DNA of 64,000 bases from a bacterium (lineage in GTDB: Bacteria; UBA8248): assembly GCA_965200245.1 (NCBI GenBank), contig CBDATS010000004.1, positions 480,001 to 544,000 on the forward strand, read 5' to 3'. Both the position numbers and the translations under genes were made by a program. The notes under the pieces are model-generated. The model was not told the origin of the DNA. It saw only the letters and a list, made by a program, of their open reading frames with translations, and did not search any database. Each line of letters starts with the position of its first letter. Positions within the stretch are counted from its first letter, which is position 1. Positions 31,564-42,386 of this stretch are shown here, piece by piece.

Positions 31564-32337
31564 CTACCATTTCGTCAGGTGCCACCAGTATATTTCTCCC
31601 CCACCCGAGACATAACCGGCAAAAAACGTAACGGTGATGACATGCCCCAGAATACCAAGAAGAAAAACGAACGCCAAAACGATGTGAATCATCCGCCAAT
31701 ACGCCTGCGCGTAAGATACACCGGAGCGCGCCATCAGTATATTGTGTTCCCGGCCGACAAGCCGGGCGTAGGCGAACGCAAGCCCGGGTCTGGTGAACCA
31801 GTGCCTGAGTCCCAGCGAAAAGACGCCTTCCTCGGCTCCCGGCTCAAGCCTTGACAATATGGACTCTTTTTCTTTGATGATTCGGGCAAGACGCTCGCGG
31901 TTCCCGGAACTGAGCGGAGAGAAGGATTGTTCCCTGGAGGCGAACGTGGCCGCCATACTCCTGGAGAGGCGAACGCGCGCCCAGACACCCAGAATCACCA
32001 AGAGCAACAGGGCGACAAGCAACAGCGCAGGCGCATAGCGAAGGAATCCGGCCGAGTGGATGGTCACCAGCACGCCACCCAAGGTGGATGTCACCACATG
32101 GGCAGAGAACCAGCTTGGCGGGGAACCACCCAGGCCCGTTCGCTTCGTGATTACGAACACTAGGGACACGCACAGGAAGAGCGTCCCCGCGACGCCGAAA
32201 AGGTACAGCGTCGGGGAGCCGGGCAGGTGCCATTCGCCCGATAGTTCGTGCTGAAACGCGAAGAAGGTGACCAGGACGACCGCCGCCGCGAAAACGAGGT
32301 ATGCGAGCAGTCTGTCTCCGATATCGAGTCGTCTCAT
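31564..32337 (-). CDS. multi-pass membrane protein, putative di-haem cytochrome b anchor
   Basis: 5-6 hydrophobic helices with two H-x13-H pairs; 25 bp upstream of the molybdoenzyme gene. Confidence 0.65.
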   Translation of the reverse strand: MRRLDIGDRLLAYLVFAAAVVLVTFFAFQHELSGEWHLPGSPTLYLFGVAGTLFLCVSLVFVITKRTGLGGSPPSWFSAHVVTSTLGGVLVTIHSAGFLRYAPALLLVALLLLVILGVWARVRLSRSMAATFASREQSFSPLSSGNRERLARIIKEKESILSRLEPGAEEGVFSLGLRHWFTRPGLAFAYARLVGREHNILMARSGVSYAQAYWRMIHIVLAFVFLLGILGHVITVTFFAGYVSGGGEIYWWHLTKW

Positions 32338-32342
32338 GGAAA

Positions 32343-32822
32343 TCAGGGAAATTCGATCTTCTCTACGTCCACGATCTCGAAATTTCTTACGCCGCCGGGC
32401 AACTGAACCGATACCTCGTCGCCCGGCTCTTTCTGCATGATGCCGCGCGAGAGCGGCGCGCTGAAGGAAATGATTCCGTTTGCGAGATCACTTTCCTCTT
32501 CGCCCAATATCTTGTAAGTGAGTTCCTCGTTCTTGTCCAGATCGAATAACGTGACCTGCGTGCCGATGGTGACTTTCTCGCCGGAGATGGGGAGTTCCTC
32601 TATCACGCTCGCCTCCCGGATCTTGTCCATAATGCGGCTCACCTCGTTCTTGAGGTTGCCCTGCAACTCGATGGCCGCTTCCCACTCGGCGTTCTCGCTC
32701 AAATCGCCCAGACTCGCTGCCTTGCCGATTTCCTTCGACACCTCATGCTTCAGGCGGTACTGAATTTTCTCGACTTTTTGCCTCAACCCCTCGAGACTCG
32801 CTTTGGTGATGTAGTACGGCAT
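32343..32822 (-). CDS. greA: transcription elongation factor GreA
   Basis: GDLSENAEW, ILGEEESD...IISF.APL. Confidence 0.93.
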   Translation of the reverse strand: MPYYITKASLEGLRQKVEKIQYRLKHEVSKEIGKAASLGDLSENAEWEAAIELQGNLKNEVSRIMDKIREASVIEELPISGEKVTIGTQVTLFDLDKNEELTYKILGEEESDLANGIISFSAPLSRGIMQKEPGDEVSVQLPGGVRNFEIVDVEKIEFP

Positions 32823-32864
32823 CTCGCCCTCATCCGGCCTTTGAAATGAAATCGGAAACGCGCC

Positions 32865-33782
32865 TCAGGCGCCTTCCGTTATCTTCTCCTTCACCTGCTC
32901 GCGAAAATCATAATCCGTATCTTCGACGAACGCCTCGATCAGGCGTTTCGTGACGGGTCCCGGAACCTTGGCACTCGGCTGAAAACTGTCGATCTCACGC
33001 ACCGGCATGGCGCATATCGCGCTCGAGGTGATGAAATACTCTTCCGCCTGTGCCAGATCGTACGTCGTCAGGTCTCTTTCCTCAACGGCGATCCCCAGAC
33101 GCGCGGCGAGCTCGAACACCGCCAGTCGGGTCACTCCCTGCAATATATTACTCTCAAGTGGCGTCCATAGCGCGCCGTCTTTCACCATAAAGAAATTGGC
33201 ACTCGAATTTTCAGCCACGTTCCCGGAAATATCGAGCATCAAGGACAAGGAACCCGACGCGGCGGCATCGAGTTCCGCCAGAATCTGGTTCATCTTGCTC
33301 GTCACCTTCGCTCTTGTCTCGATGCATTCGGGCGGATTGCGTCTCGTGGGCGTTATCGCCAGACGCACGCCGTTCAGATACCGCTCGGCGAAAGACGCGA
33401 CGTTCACAGACCGCCAGAAGATGAACACAGAAGCCGGTCCCGCCGCGTGCGCCGCCATGGAGGGGTCGTCGAGGCCACGGGTCACCCAATGGCCGACACG
33501 GTACATGCCTCCCTTCTCAAGACGACACAGGTTCGCCTCGAAAGTGGCCAGCGTGGCCTGCTTCATATCCGCCCGACTCAGGCCCAAGTCGATACGAACG
33601 TACTTCAGCGAGCGGTAAAGGCGGTCGATATGATCATCGAGCCGATAGAGCTTTCCATCAAAGCACGGGGTAACCTCGTACACCCCGTCGCCCCAGAGGA
33701 AGCCACGATCGAAGGGCGATATCCTGGCGCTCTTCTCTTCCATAATCTCACCATTGAGATAGACGAATCGCTCCCCGGGCAT
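32865..33782 (-). CDS. class IV PLP aminotransferase (BCAT/D-amino acid aminotransferase-like)
   Basis: DRGFLWGDGVYE, HIDRL, ILQGVTR, PGPVT. Confidence 0.88.
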   Translation of the reverse strand: MPGERFVYLNGEIMEEKSARISPFDRGFLWGDGVYEVTPCFDGKLYRLDDHIDRLYRSLKYVRIDLGLSRADMKQATLATFEANLCRLEKGGMYRVGHWVTRGLDDPSMAAHAAGPASVFIFWRSVNVASFAERYLNGVRLAITPTRRNPPECIETRAKVTSKMNQILAELDAAASGSLSLMLDISGNVAENSSANFFMVKDGALWTPLESNILQGVTRLAVFELAARLGIAVEERDLTTYDLAQAEEYFITSSAICAMPVREIDSFQPSAKVPGPVTKRLIEAFVEDTDYDFREQVKEKITEGA

Positions 33783-34133
33783 CAAGTGCTCCTCCCATGC
33801 GCATCAACAAAGAAAGGCCGGCCCGCGAAGACGGACGCAGCCACATGAAAAATGAACATCACTGCATGTAGCATCATCTTGCAAGAGAACGCAACGCAGT
33901 TATCTCTTATTGGCAGGTAACGCCAGTTTCGTAGATTTTGTAACATATTTGCATGGTCGATAGCGAATACCAGGCATACCCGTACACCCTTGAAGTGCAT
34001 AGAGGCTAGCCCGCGCAACCACAGGAGAGAGGTGGTTCCATCCATACACAAGGCGAGTTCAGCGGCCATAATACTCTTTTCACTCCATCTCTCAAGAAAA
34101 CACCCGAAAACATCTTCCCAGGAAGGAGAACCG

Positions 34134-34610
34134 ATGCCGCGCAAGACTGAAGAGACCAAAAAGCAGGTCGTCGTCAACCCGTGGGGCGACAGCAGGAAGT
34201 ACCTGATGGCCACATCAGAGTACACCGGTGTCGTGGTGGGCAAGGAGGCGACGGACGGGGAATATATCATCAGCGACGGGATCATCGAGCCCGGAGGGCA
34301 CATCCCGGAGCATTACCACAAGTGGGAGGACCAGACCTTCCACGTCATCGAGGGCGTGCTGTCGGCCCGGATCGGCGGCGAGACATACCGTCTGGGCAGC
34401 GGGGACACGATCCACTGCCCCCGCGGCGTATCCCACTACGTGGAGAACACCGGCACCACGACGGCAAGGATGATCAGCTACATCTTCCCCGGCCACTGGG
34501 CCGAGGAGTTCATGGCCGAGACGTCGCGCCAGAACAGGAGTGGCCGTCCCGACCCCGGGTTGATCGAGGAGAAGTTCGGTGTCGTCTACCCCCTACAGGA
34601 TGAGGCATGA
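34134..34610 (+). CDS. cupin-domain protein
   Basis: PEHYH...VIEG...GDTIHCPRGVSH; ATG after AAGGAG. Confidence 0.82.
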   Translation: MPRKTEETKKQVVVNPWGDSRKYLMATSEYTGVVVGKEATDGEYIISDGIIEPGGHIPEHYHKWEDQTFHVIEGVLSARIGGETYRLGSGDTIHCPRGVSHYVENTGTTTARMISYIFPGHWAEEFMAETSRQNRSGRPDPGLIEEKFGVVYPLQDEA

Positions 34611-34961
34611 AGTGGCATCAGCCTCGCACAGGCCGCCCCGCCCGGTGAACAGGAGATTCTCCGGGTGTCGATCGGCGCCCTGATGCAGTTCCGGAACAAC
34701 GGAGCCTGGCTGGGGGGGCACCCTGCTCGCCGTCGCCACATTCCTGTTCGGTGCCGCGGCGTTGCGCCGGTCGGGACCGTTCCCGCGCTGGAGCGCGTAC
34801 ATCGCCGCCGGCAGGTTTCCCGGCATCGCGGGAAGCCTGACGCCGTTCTTTCCCGCGTCGGTCCGGTGCACCAGTTCGGACTGACCGCATTCAGCGTCCG
34901 GGCACTGGCCGTCGGCTTCCTGCTGCTGCGCGGCGCACGCGCAAGTCGGCCGGAGGGTTGA
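34607..34961 (+). pseudogene. degraded membrane protein gene
   Basis: hydrophobic stretches spread across frames (AVATFLFGAAALRR..PRWSAY; ALAVGFLLLRG). Confidence 0.35.
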
Positions 34962-35247
34962 CCGCCGGATAGCCAGTTGAATCGTGTCTTCCCTTGATCG
35001 ACACAATCCATACACACTCTTACACCCGGGCTGTCAAAAAGGGATAGTTGCAAAAAGATGAAAAGGAAAAATCGTTCCGAGGCACGCTCCGGAAGGGTTA
35101 AGACAAAGTCCTCTGATATCGCGCAGTTTCTCAACGGAGTGCCTGTCGCTGGATAGCTTTGTTTGAGGGTACGTAGCAGATGAGGCCTGAGTTAGTGGAC
35201 ATTCCAGATGCGCTGAATGTTAGTGTGGCTCACCTCGAGGTGCCTGG

Positions 35248-35593
35248 TCATAGTACAGGTCGACCAACGCGTGGCCTGCTCGGACGTGCGATGCACGTGT
35301 CATCGGTGATACGTGCTATGGTTGCTCGCCCGTAGTGCGGTTTTCGTCCTCGCTCCGGTCGGCCAAGGAGACCCACCAGACGCTGTTGGGCGAAGCGCCT
35401 CCTCCATTTCGACACCGTGTCCTGGCCCTGGTGCCCAACTACTCGGTGATGTCGCATCTCGACATGCCCTCAACGGCAAGGGCACGATGCGTGCCCTGAA
35501 TATCTCGCGCACGCCAGAACGACTCGAATATCCCATCCGATGCAAGGCCGTATGCGCCCAGCCACTGAGTTCAATGGATGGGGCGCCACGCAT
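35248..35593 (-). mobile_element. IS630-family transposase N-terminal remnant
   Basis: IELS...RARIV...DTVSKWRRRFAQQRLVGL..RPERGRKP HTH region across two frames; no DDE domain. Confidence 0.75.
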
Positions 35594-36085
35594 GTGACTT
35601 CTCTCCCGGGTGGTGAGAGTGAAAAATATAATCTTGTCTTATTGCGTGACAACACACCAGCGCGAGTAATTATGTATTTGACAAGAATGTATCCTTGGAT
35701 ATGCAGGATGAGAAGTCCGTCGGGATTGAAGAAGAATGAGGTCCGGGGACACTCGCTTTCGAAGAATGTGCTTGTTCTTCCTTGCATCCTAAACACCTCC
35801 TGCTGCGGCGAGGTTAAACCATGCACAGGTCTGGACGTTGTCTTTGGACACGCGCTCGATCCAGTATATCAAGACTGGTTCTCGCAGGTATGGATGTGGT
35901 TCAAATGTGCAGTGACGCAGCCTGGCCTCAGCGGCAACTACACCGACATCGATCTCGTCGCGAGGAATGCAATTGTGGATATGGCGCCCAGCACAAATGC
36001 TATGCGCCGGGCACGAGAATGTCGAAAGCACATCCCAACCCGTTCATCGCCGCCGCGGCCACTCGGTGGTAGAGAGAAGCAGTTT

Positions 36086-36442
36086 TCATTTCCCCGGCAC
36101 CCCAAGCCCGGCCAGTAACGCCTGTACGGTTTCGCGCAGCTGCGTAAGATGGGTTTCGACATAGTCCCAGACAAGTCCGGGTACTACATGGCCGTAGCCA
36201 TGGACGAGCACGTTACGGAAATCGATTATCTCGCGCAGCCGGGGAATCCCTTGGGCAAGCTCGGGGTGGTCCTTGCGCAGACGGTTCAATGCTTCGCCGA
36301 TGACCCCGAACTTGCGCTCGACCGCTGCCTGCATCATCGCGTCTTCAAGGTAGGCACCGATTTCGATGCCTTCGGTGAAGCGCTCTATATCGGCGCCCGC
36401 CTACTGGATATCTGTCAACAAGACACGAGGATCACGATGCAT
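36086..36442 (-). pseudogene. HEPN/DUF86 (HepT-like) toxin with an in-frame TAG
   Basis: MHRDPRVLLTDIQ*...AVERKFGVIGEAL...FRNVLVHGY (RxxxxH); TAG at 36401-36403. Confidence 0.8.
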
Positions 36443-36743
36443 AGACAAGCTCGCGTGAACTATCGATGGCGGCGCGCAGATACGGGTTGCGGAATTCGTG
36501 ATTTTCGACAAGGTCGACAGGGCGGCCGAGGATATGACGCAACTCCTCGACCAGACCAAAAAACCGATCAAAAGACGACCGGTCACTGTCGGGGAGGAAT
36601 TCCACCAGGAAGTCGGCGTCGCTGGTCTCCGGATCGAAGTCCGGTGCTGCGGGCTGCGGAGCCGAAGACCTCAAGCCGCGCCACATCGTAGCGCTGACAT
36701 ATCTCGGCCAGTTCCTCCGTCCGGTCAGCGATGACGCGTGCAT
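36432..36743 (-). pseudogene. minimal nucleotidyltransferase (MNT) antitoxin with compensating frameshifts
   Basis: the LEVFGSAAR motif lies in a different frame from the ATG and from SDADFLVEF...RPVDLV...NPYL. Confidence 0.78.
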
Positions 36744-37756
36744 ATCCACCCCTCCCGCTGTCGCGGCAAACAATGCGCTTCTCCGGTGTCATCGCAACAT
36801 CGCCTCCTTCAACCGGTCACGTTGCGAGCATTCCCGCCGCTTCTGCGCTTGGGATGCCTTGGCGTGCCAGCTTGCTTAGGCCGCCTGTATTCCTCCACAG
36901 AGAGCACCACGGTGCCTGGTCGCCCATGCTCGGTCGCGGTTGGGCGAGGACAAGGTCGCCTAGTCGGCCAAAGCCGTATTTGGCATCCTTAGCGCACAGC
37001 GCCAGTATAGCACCCCCGTTGTCGGCGCCGCCGATTTTGGTCAAACTGGTCCAAAATGCAAGAGGCGCACTCTCCCATTTGAGATGTCCCAATCCAGCGA
37101 TGCGGAGTGTGCTCGGGAACAAGCGCCTAACGAGAACATTGGATATGTCCTGCTTCACTTTCTCAGGAATCAGGTTCGAGGAGAATATTATGTGGTACGA
37201 CGCAAACGCATAGTCCACACACGTCGAAAGTTGCTGGTGTTTCAAACATGGAATTTGGTGTCCTCCTCTCCGGTTCCGTAACCAGCCAATCCCATTCCGG
37301 AGCCATCTCCCTTTACCTCAAAGGAGACGGCCCCTGTTTTGTCTCCTCATCCGTCTGTAGCGGAAAAGCATGAGATGCAGGTAAGTGAGGATTATAGCGA
37401 GAAAACACGGGAATCATTCAACATGTTGGACATTGATTTGAAAGCATACAAAGATTGCGGTTTTACGTTTGAATGGCTGATTTCCCAAAGATGCCGAGAA
37501 ACCTGCCGCAGCTTTCGAGGGGACCCATATCCTTGACTACGCAAATCGCTATAAATGCTGTCGAATGGACAGGAGTTCTGACTATGTGCCGTGGGATTAG
37601 AGTTAAGTCAACAAACTTCCTGCATAAAGCAGAAAACGCAAAAAGAGTTCCGGAAAATCCTCCCTATCCGGCAACATGTCCGGATCCGAGATTCATCCTG
37701 TGTGGCGATGGGTAAGTACTTGAGTCGAATTTCTCTTCCAAACTGGAAGAATCCAC

Positions 37757-39349
37757 TCAAGTCTTCCTTCCCCAACCGCCCCCGCCAGGCGTTTCCAGAC
37801 GTATCCTGTCTCCACGCTTCGCCCTGAGACGGGCCTTGCCAGAGAACTGGCGTTCCTCGTCTGTGCTAATGAGCAGATTCCTGCCCTTCATGCCCGGGTC
37901 TCCGCCGTTCAGCGGCCAGGGGGCCTTCTCCCGCCTTTCCGTCATAAACGAAACGGTGGCATCACCGAGGAGTTCGATCTCGCGGATGATACCGTCGCCG
38001 CCTCGGTGTTTTCCACCGCCGCCGCTGCCGCGTCGAACGGTGTAGCGACTTACCCGGAACGGATAAGCATGTTCGAGCGCCTCGATCGGGGTGTTCAGGG
38101 TGTTGGTGAGATGGGTATGGATGGCATCTTCCCCGTCACCCCACGGTCCTCCGCCCATGCCGCCACCCGTGGTTTCATAATAGGCATATGGACGACCCTG
38201 CCTTGGGCCGGGGCGGTGGTCCATTCCTCCCACCGTGAGGTTGTTCATCGTGCCGCAGGAAGCGGCGGGTATCTTGTCGGGACAGGCTCTGGCGAGCGCT
38301 CCGAGAATCACATCCACCATCCTCTGGCTCGTCTCCACGTTTCCACCCGCCACGGCGGCGGGGAATTCGGCGTTCACCACCGTACCCGAGGGCGCTATAA
38401 CCTCAATGGGGTTCATACAGCCTGAATTGTTCGGGATATCATATGGCACCAGACAGCGCAGGGCGTAATAGGCCGCCGTGCGTGCAATGGATTCCACTGC
38501 GTTCACGCTGCCATGCGTCTGTGGGGCCGAGCCTGTGTAATCGACACGCATATTCGAGCCCCGTATGGTGATTTCCACCCGTATCGGCACGAAACCGCTG
38601 CCGAAGCCGTCATCATCCATAAAATCCTCGAACAGGTATCGCCCGTCGGGAATATCGCGAATCACGGCTTTCGTCAGACGCTCGGAATATCTTTGAAGTT
38701 CGACCGTGTAGCGCAACGTCTCGGCCAAACCGTGACGCTCGACAATCTCCAGGATTCTCCGCTCGCCCACACGGTTCGCCGCGATTTGCGCGGCGATATC
38801 CCCCCGGCGTTCCTCGGCCGTGCGCACGTTCGCAAGGATGAGCGCGAAGACATCTTCCTGCATCACGCCTGCGCGCACGAGTTTCACCGGCGGAATCACC
38901 ACACCGTCCTGGAATATCTCCGTCGTGATGCTCATCGAGCCAGGCGCGATTCCGCCCACATCGGCATGGTGCGCCCGATTGGCCACGTAATAGATAAGCT
39001 TTTCCTGTCCCCTCTCCGTGCCGTATACGGGCGAAATCATCGTGATGTCCGGCAGATGGTTCCCCCCATGGAAAGGGTCGTTCAGCACAACCACGTCGCC
39101 CGGTTCCAGTACCATGCGATCGATGACGTATTCCACCGACATCGGCATGGATCCCAGATGGGCGGGCAGATGCGCCGCCTGCGCCGCCATCTGCCCCTTC
39201 GCATCGAAAATGGCGCAGGAATAGTCCTTGCGTTCCTTGATGTTCGGGGAGAAAGAGGAGCGGCACAGCGCCACGCCCATCTCTTCGGAGGCCGCAAACA
39301 ACAGGTTACGAAAGACTTCCAGCAGTATCGGATCGTATGTTTCCGCCAT
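37757..39349 (-). CDS. hydantoinase B/oxoprolinase family protein
   Basis: SPNIKERKDYSC, NDPFHGGNHLPD, HHADVGG, NTPIEALE, TPGGGGWG. Confidence 0.93.
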   Translation of the reverse strand: MAETYDPILLEVFRNLLFAASEEMGVALCRSSFSPNIKERKDYSCAIFDAKGQMAAQAAHLPAHLGSMPMSVEYVIDRMVLEPGDVVVLNDPFHGGNHLPDITMISPVYGTERGQEKLIYYVANRAHHADVGGIAPGSMSITTEIFQDGVVIPPVKLVRAGVMQEDVFALILANVRTAEERRGDIAAQIAANRVGERRILEIVERHGLAETLRYTVELQRYSERLTKAVIRDIPDGRYLFEDFMDDDGFGSGFVPIRVEITIRGSNMRVDYTGSAPQTHGSVNAVESIARTAAYYALRCLVPYDIPNNSGCMNPIEVIAPSGTVVNAEFPAAVAGGNVETSQRMVDVILGALARACPDKIPAASCGTMNNLTVGGMDHRPGPRQGRPYAYYETTGGGMGGGPWGDGEDAIHTHLTNTLNTPIEALEHAYPFRVSRYTVRRGSGGGGKHRGGDGIIREIELLGDATVSFMTERREKAPWPLNGGDPGMKGRNLLISTDEERQFSGKARLRAKRGDRIRLETPGGGGWGRKT

Positions 39350-39358
39350 GGCCCCTTC

Positions 39359-41377
39359 TCAGGTCAGGTTCTTCAATACGAGATTGCCCCGTTCATCCAC
39401 CCGGCATTCCCAGCCCGGAGGTACGACCGTCGTGGCGCTGAACTCACACACCAGCGCAGGCCCCTTGAAACGATTCCCGCGAGAAAACCTGTTCCGCGCA
39501 TATACGGAACCCTTGATACGCTTTCCCGCAAAAACCATGTTCCGGCTCCCCTTGAGCGCATGGGAAACGTCTTTCCGCGCTTTCGGAAGCCGTCTCGCGG
39601 GCGGACGATCCACCTCCCCGATACCCCGTACCCTGAGCGTCACGATCTCGATGGGGCTCTCGGGGCTGGAAGTTCCGAAGCGCTGATCGTGCAACGCATC
39701 GAACGCAGCCCGGAGGCTCTTGCGCAAATCGACACCCGTCTCGGACAGGTAAGGAAGCGTCAATTCATACGATTGCCCGAGGTAGCGCATATCGATGAAG
39801 AGCGAGAAAGCCGGTTTCGCGAAACCCTCGAACTTCAAATCCCCGCGTCCTTTTTTCAGCAAGGGCGAAAAATGACTCGCGAGCGTTCTCTTGCTCAATC
39901 CATCGAGCGGCAGAAGCACGGTCCGGGCGTAGTCTTTCACCACGTCCGCCGTCAGCATGCCCCGTGCAGAGAGAATGCCCGGATCGTTGGGTACGATGAC
40001 GTGCGGAATTCCGAGTATCTCGGCCAAGGAGCAGGCGTGCATCGCTCCTGCACCGCCAAAGGCAATGAGAGCGAACTGGCGCGGATCGTGGCCCCGTTCC
40101 ACGCCGATTAGGCGAATCGCGCGCGCCATGTGCTGGTTGGCAACGCGAATGACGCCCTCCGCCGCCTGGAGAGCGCTCAGACGCAGGGACTTTGCCAGAC
40201 GCTCGATACCGACCTTCACCGGTTCCATATCGAGAGCCATCCTGCCGCCCAGGAATTGTTCGGGATCGAGGCGTCCCAAGAACAGGTTCGCATCCGTGAC
40301 GGTCACCTGATCTCCCTTGCCGTAGCATATCGGACCCGGATCGGCACCCGCGCTCTGGGGGCCGACGGCCAAGGCACCCCCCGGATCGACCCGGGCGATG
40401 GAACCTCCGCCTGCGCCTACCGTGTGAATATCGATGAGGGGAACCCGAATCGGGCAACCGGCCACTTCGGTCTCCGCCGTGAAACCGATGCCGCCGTGCA
40501 GCAAGGAGACGTCCGTACTCGTACCGCCCATATCGAATGCGATCGCGTTTTCAAACCCCGCGCTTCTCGCCACCTCATGGGCACCTACAACGCCGCCGGC
40601 CGGGCCGGACAGGATCGTCCGTACGGCCTCCTCTCCCGCCATCGCGCTCGAGATGACGCCGCCGTTGCTCTGCATGATACGCAAACGACCGGAATCCAAG
40701 CGCAATTTCAAGTCCTTCAGGTACCTGTTCATCATGGGGGACACATAGGCGTTCACGCACGTCGTGCTCATGCGCTCGTATTCCCGGAATTCAGGAAGCA
40801 CCTGGCTGGACATCGACACGTGGACACCGCTCCGGCGAACCGCCTCCGCCACTTTCTCTTCATGAGAGGAATTCGCATAAGAGTGCAGCAGGCAGATGGC
40901 GACGGACTCGACGCCCGCTTTCCTGAGTTTCCGGTTCAGCGCCTTCAGGTCCGACACCTTGACGCGCAGGAGTTCGCCGCCTTTTTCGTCCAGACGCTCC
41001 GCCACGCCTATCCTGAGATCCCTGGGCACCAGCGCCGGTGGTTTGCGGTATGCGAGATTGTAGAGTTCTTTCCGGTTCTGACGGCCGATTTCGATCAGGT
41101 CCTCGAAACCGGCCGTCGTCACGAGAGCGGTTTTCGCGCCGCTGCGGGTGAGAAGGGCGTTCGTCGCCACGGTGGAACCATGGGTGATGTCGATATCCAC
41201 ACCGTGGCCTTCCAGTATTTCATCCAGCCCCTGCAAAATGGCGCGCTCGGGCGCATCGGGCGTGGAGGGTACCTTATGAACGCGCACCCCGGTGCCATCG
41301 AACGAGATGAAATCCGTAAAGGTTCCTCCCGTGTCGACGCCAATCCGCAGCGTCTTCGTCTTGCGAGCGGGCATCAC
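39359..41377 (-). CDS. hydantoinase A/oxoprolinase family protein (ATP-dependent)
   Basis: DTGGTFTD, SGPAGG, DMGGTSTD, GAGGGS, TVTDAN. Confidence 0.93.
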   Translation of the reverse strand: MMPARKTKTLRIGVDTGGTFTDFISFDGTGVRVHKVPSTPDAPERAILQGLDEILEGHGVDIDITHGSTVATNALLTRSGAKTALVTTAGFEDLIEIGRQNRKELYNLAYRKPPALVPRDLRIGVAERLDEKGGELLRVKVSDLKALNRKLRKAGVESVAICLLHSYANSSHEEKVAEAVRRSGVHVSMSSQVLPEFREYERMSTTCVNAYVSPMMNRYLKDLKLRLDSGRLRIMQSNGGVISSAMAGEEAVRTILSGPAGGVVGAHEVARSAGFENAIAFDMGGTSTDVSLLHGGIGFTAETEVAGCPIRVPLIDIHTVGAGGGSIARVDPGGALAVGPQSAGADPGPICYGKGDQVTVTDANLFLGRLDPEQFLGGRMALDMEPVKVGIERLAKSLRLSALQAAEGVIRVANQHMARAIRLIGVERGHDPRQFALIAFGGAGAMHACSLAEILGIPHVIVPNDPGILSARGMLTADVVKDYARTVLLPLDGLSKRTLASHFSPLLKKGRGDLKFEGFAKPAFSLFIDMRYLGQSYELTLPYLSETGVDLRKSLRAAFDALHDQRFGTSSPESPIEIVTLRVRGIGEVDRPPARRLPKARKDVSHALKGSRNMVFAGKRIKGSVYARNRFSRGNRFKGPALVCEFSATTVVPPGWECRVDERGNLVLKNLT

Positions 41378-42384
41378 CTCCTCCTGTGCGGCCAGGCTTC
41401 GGGGTTCAGCAGATCAGGAGGACGCTTCCCGAGAAGACAGGCCTTTACGTTTCTCTCCACACGCCTTGAAACCGCATCCCGGCCCAAATCGGTGTTCGTG
41501 CCCAGATGCGGCATCATGACGACGTTCTTCATGCGCAGGAGCCTCGGGTGCGGGTCGGGTTCCTGCTCGAATACATCCAGCCCCGCTCCGCCGATCTGAC
41601 CCGAGCGAAGAGCTTCGACCAGGGCCTTTTCGTCCAGAATCGGCCCCCGGGCGGTGTTGATTATCACGGCCCCTTTTTTCATACGGGCGAACTCCGCCGC
41701 GCCGATGAGATGGCGCGTCTCCTCGTTCAGGGCAAGGTGCACGCTCAGGAAATCGGATTCGCGCAGAAGCCTGTAGAAAGCACGGTAGGAAACGCCCGTT
41801 TCCTTTTCCGTCTCGGGGCCTTTCCTGTTCCGGCTCCAGTAGCGGACCTTCATGGCGAAGGCGCGCGCCATACGCGCCACGGCGCAGCCGATACGCCCCA
41901 AACCGATGATACCGAGCACCCGGCCGTTCAGTCCCCGGCCTTCGAGCAACGTGGGCGTCCAGCCCTTCCATTTCCCGGTTCTGATATACGAATCCGCCTC
42001 CGTCACCCGCCTGCTTACCGCGAGCAGAAGCGCCATTGCGCATTCCGCCGTAGGCTCCGTGACGACGCCGGGCGTGTTCGTGGCCAGGATTCCCCGCCCG
42101 GTCACCTCTGCCAGATCGATATTATTGAAGCCGACCCCGCAGTTGGCAACCAGTTTGAGACGAGGTGCCGCATCGAGGAATCTGGCGTCTATCTCGTCTC
42201 CGACCATCGAGATGAGAACATCCGACTGGCGCACGGCGCGTCTGTATGCGACGGGGCTCGGCCGCACGTCCCTTGCGTGCATGACGAATTCGGAGATTCG
42301 TTTCAATTCCTCGAAATGATGCGGCGGAAACCTTCGGGAGAGGAATACGCGCGCAAGACCCTTGGAGGGCACCTTTTCGCCCAT
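41374..42384 (-). CDS. D-2-hydroxyacid dehydrogenase (glyoxylate reductase/D-glycerate dehydrogenase-like)
   Basis: GVGFNNID, GLGRIG, NTARG, LDVFEQEP, PHLG. Confidence 0.9.
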   Translation of the reverse strand: MGEKVPSKGLARVFLSRRFPPHHFEELKRISEFVMHARDVRPSPVAYRRAVRQSDVLISMVGDEIDARFLDAAPRLKLVANCGVGFNNIDLAEVTGRGILATNTPGVVTEPTAECAMALLLAVSRRVTEADSYIRTGKWKGWTPTLLEGRGLNGRVLGIIGLGRIGCAVARMARAFAMKVRYWSRNRKGPETEKETGVSYRAFYRLLRESDFLSVHLALNEETRHLIGAAEFARMKKGAVIINTARGPILDEKALVEALRSGQIGGAGLDVFEQEPDPHPRLLRMKNVVMMPHLGTNTDLGRDAVSRRVERNVKACLLGKRPPDLLNPEAWPHRRR

Positions 42385-42386
42385 GC

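Noticed and set aside
35540-37720. ORFs 35540-36118, 36817-37245 and 37339-37536
   Set aside because: Unassignable and lying among pseudogenes; no positive evidence that they code.
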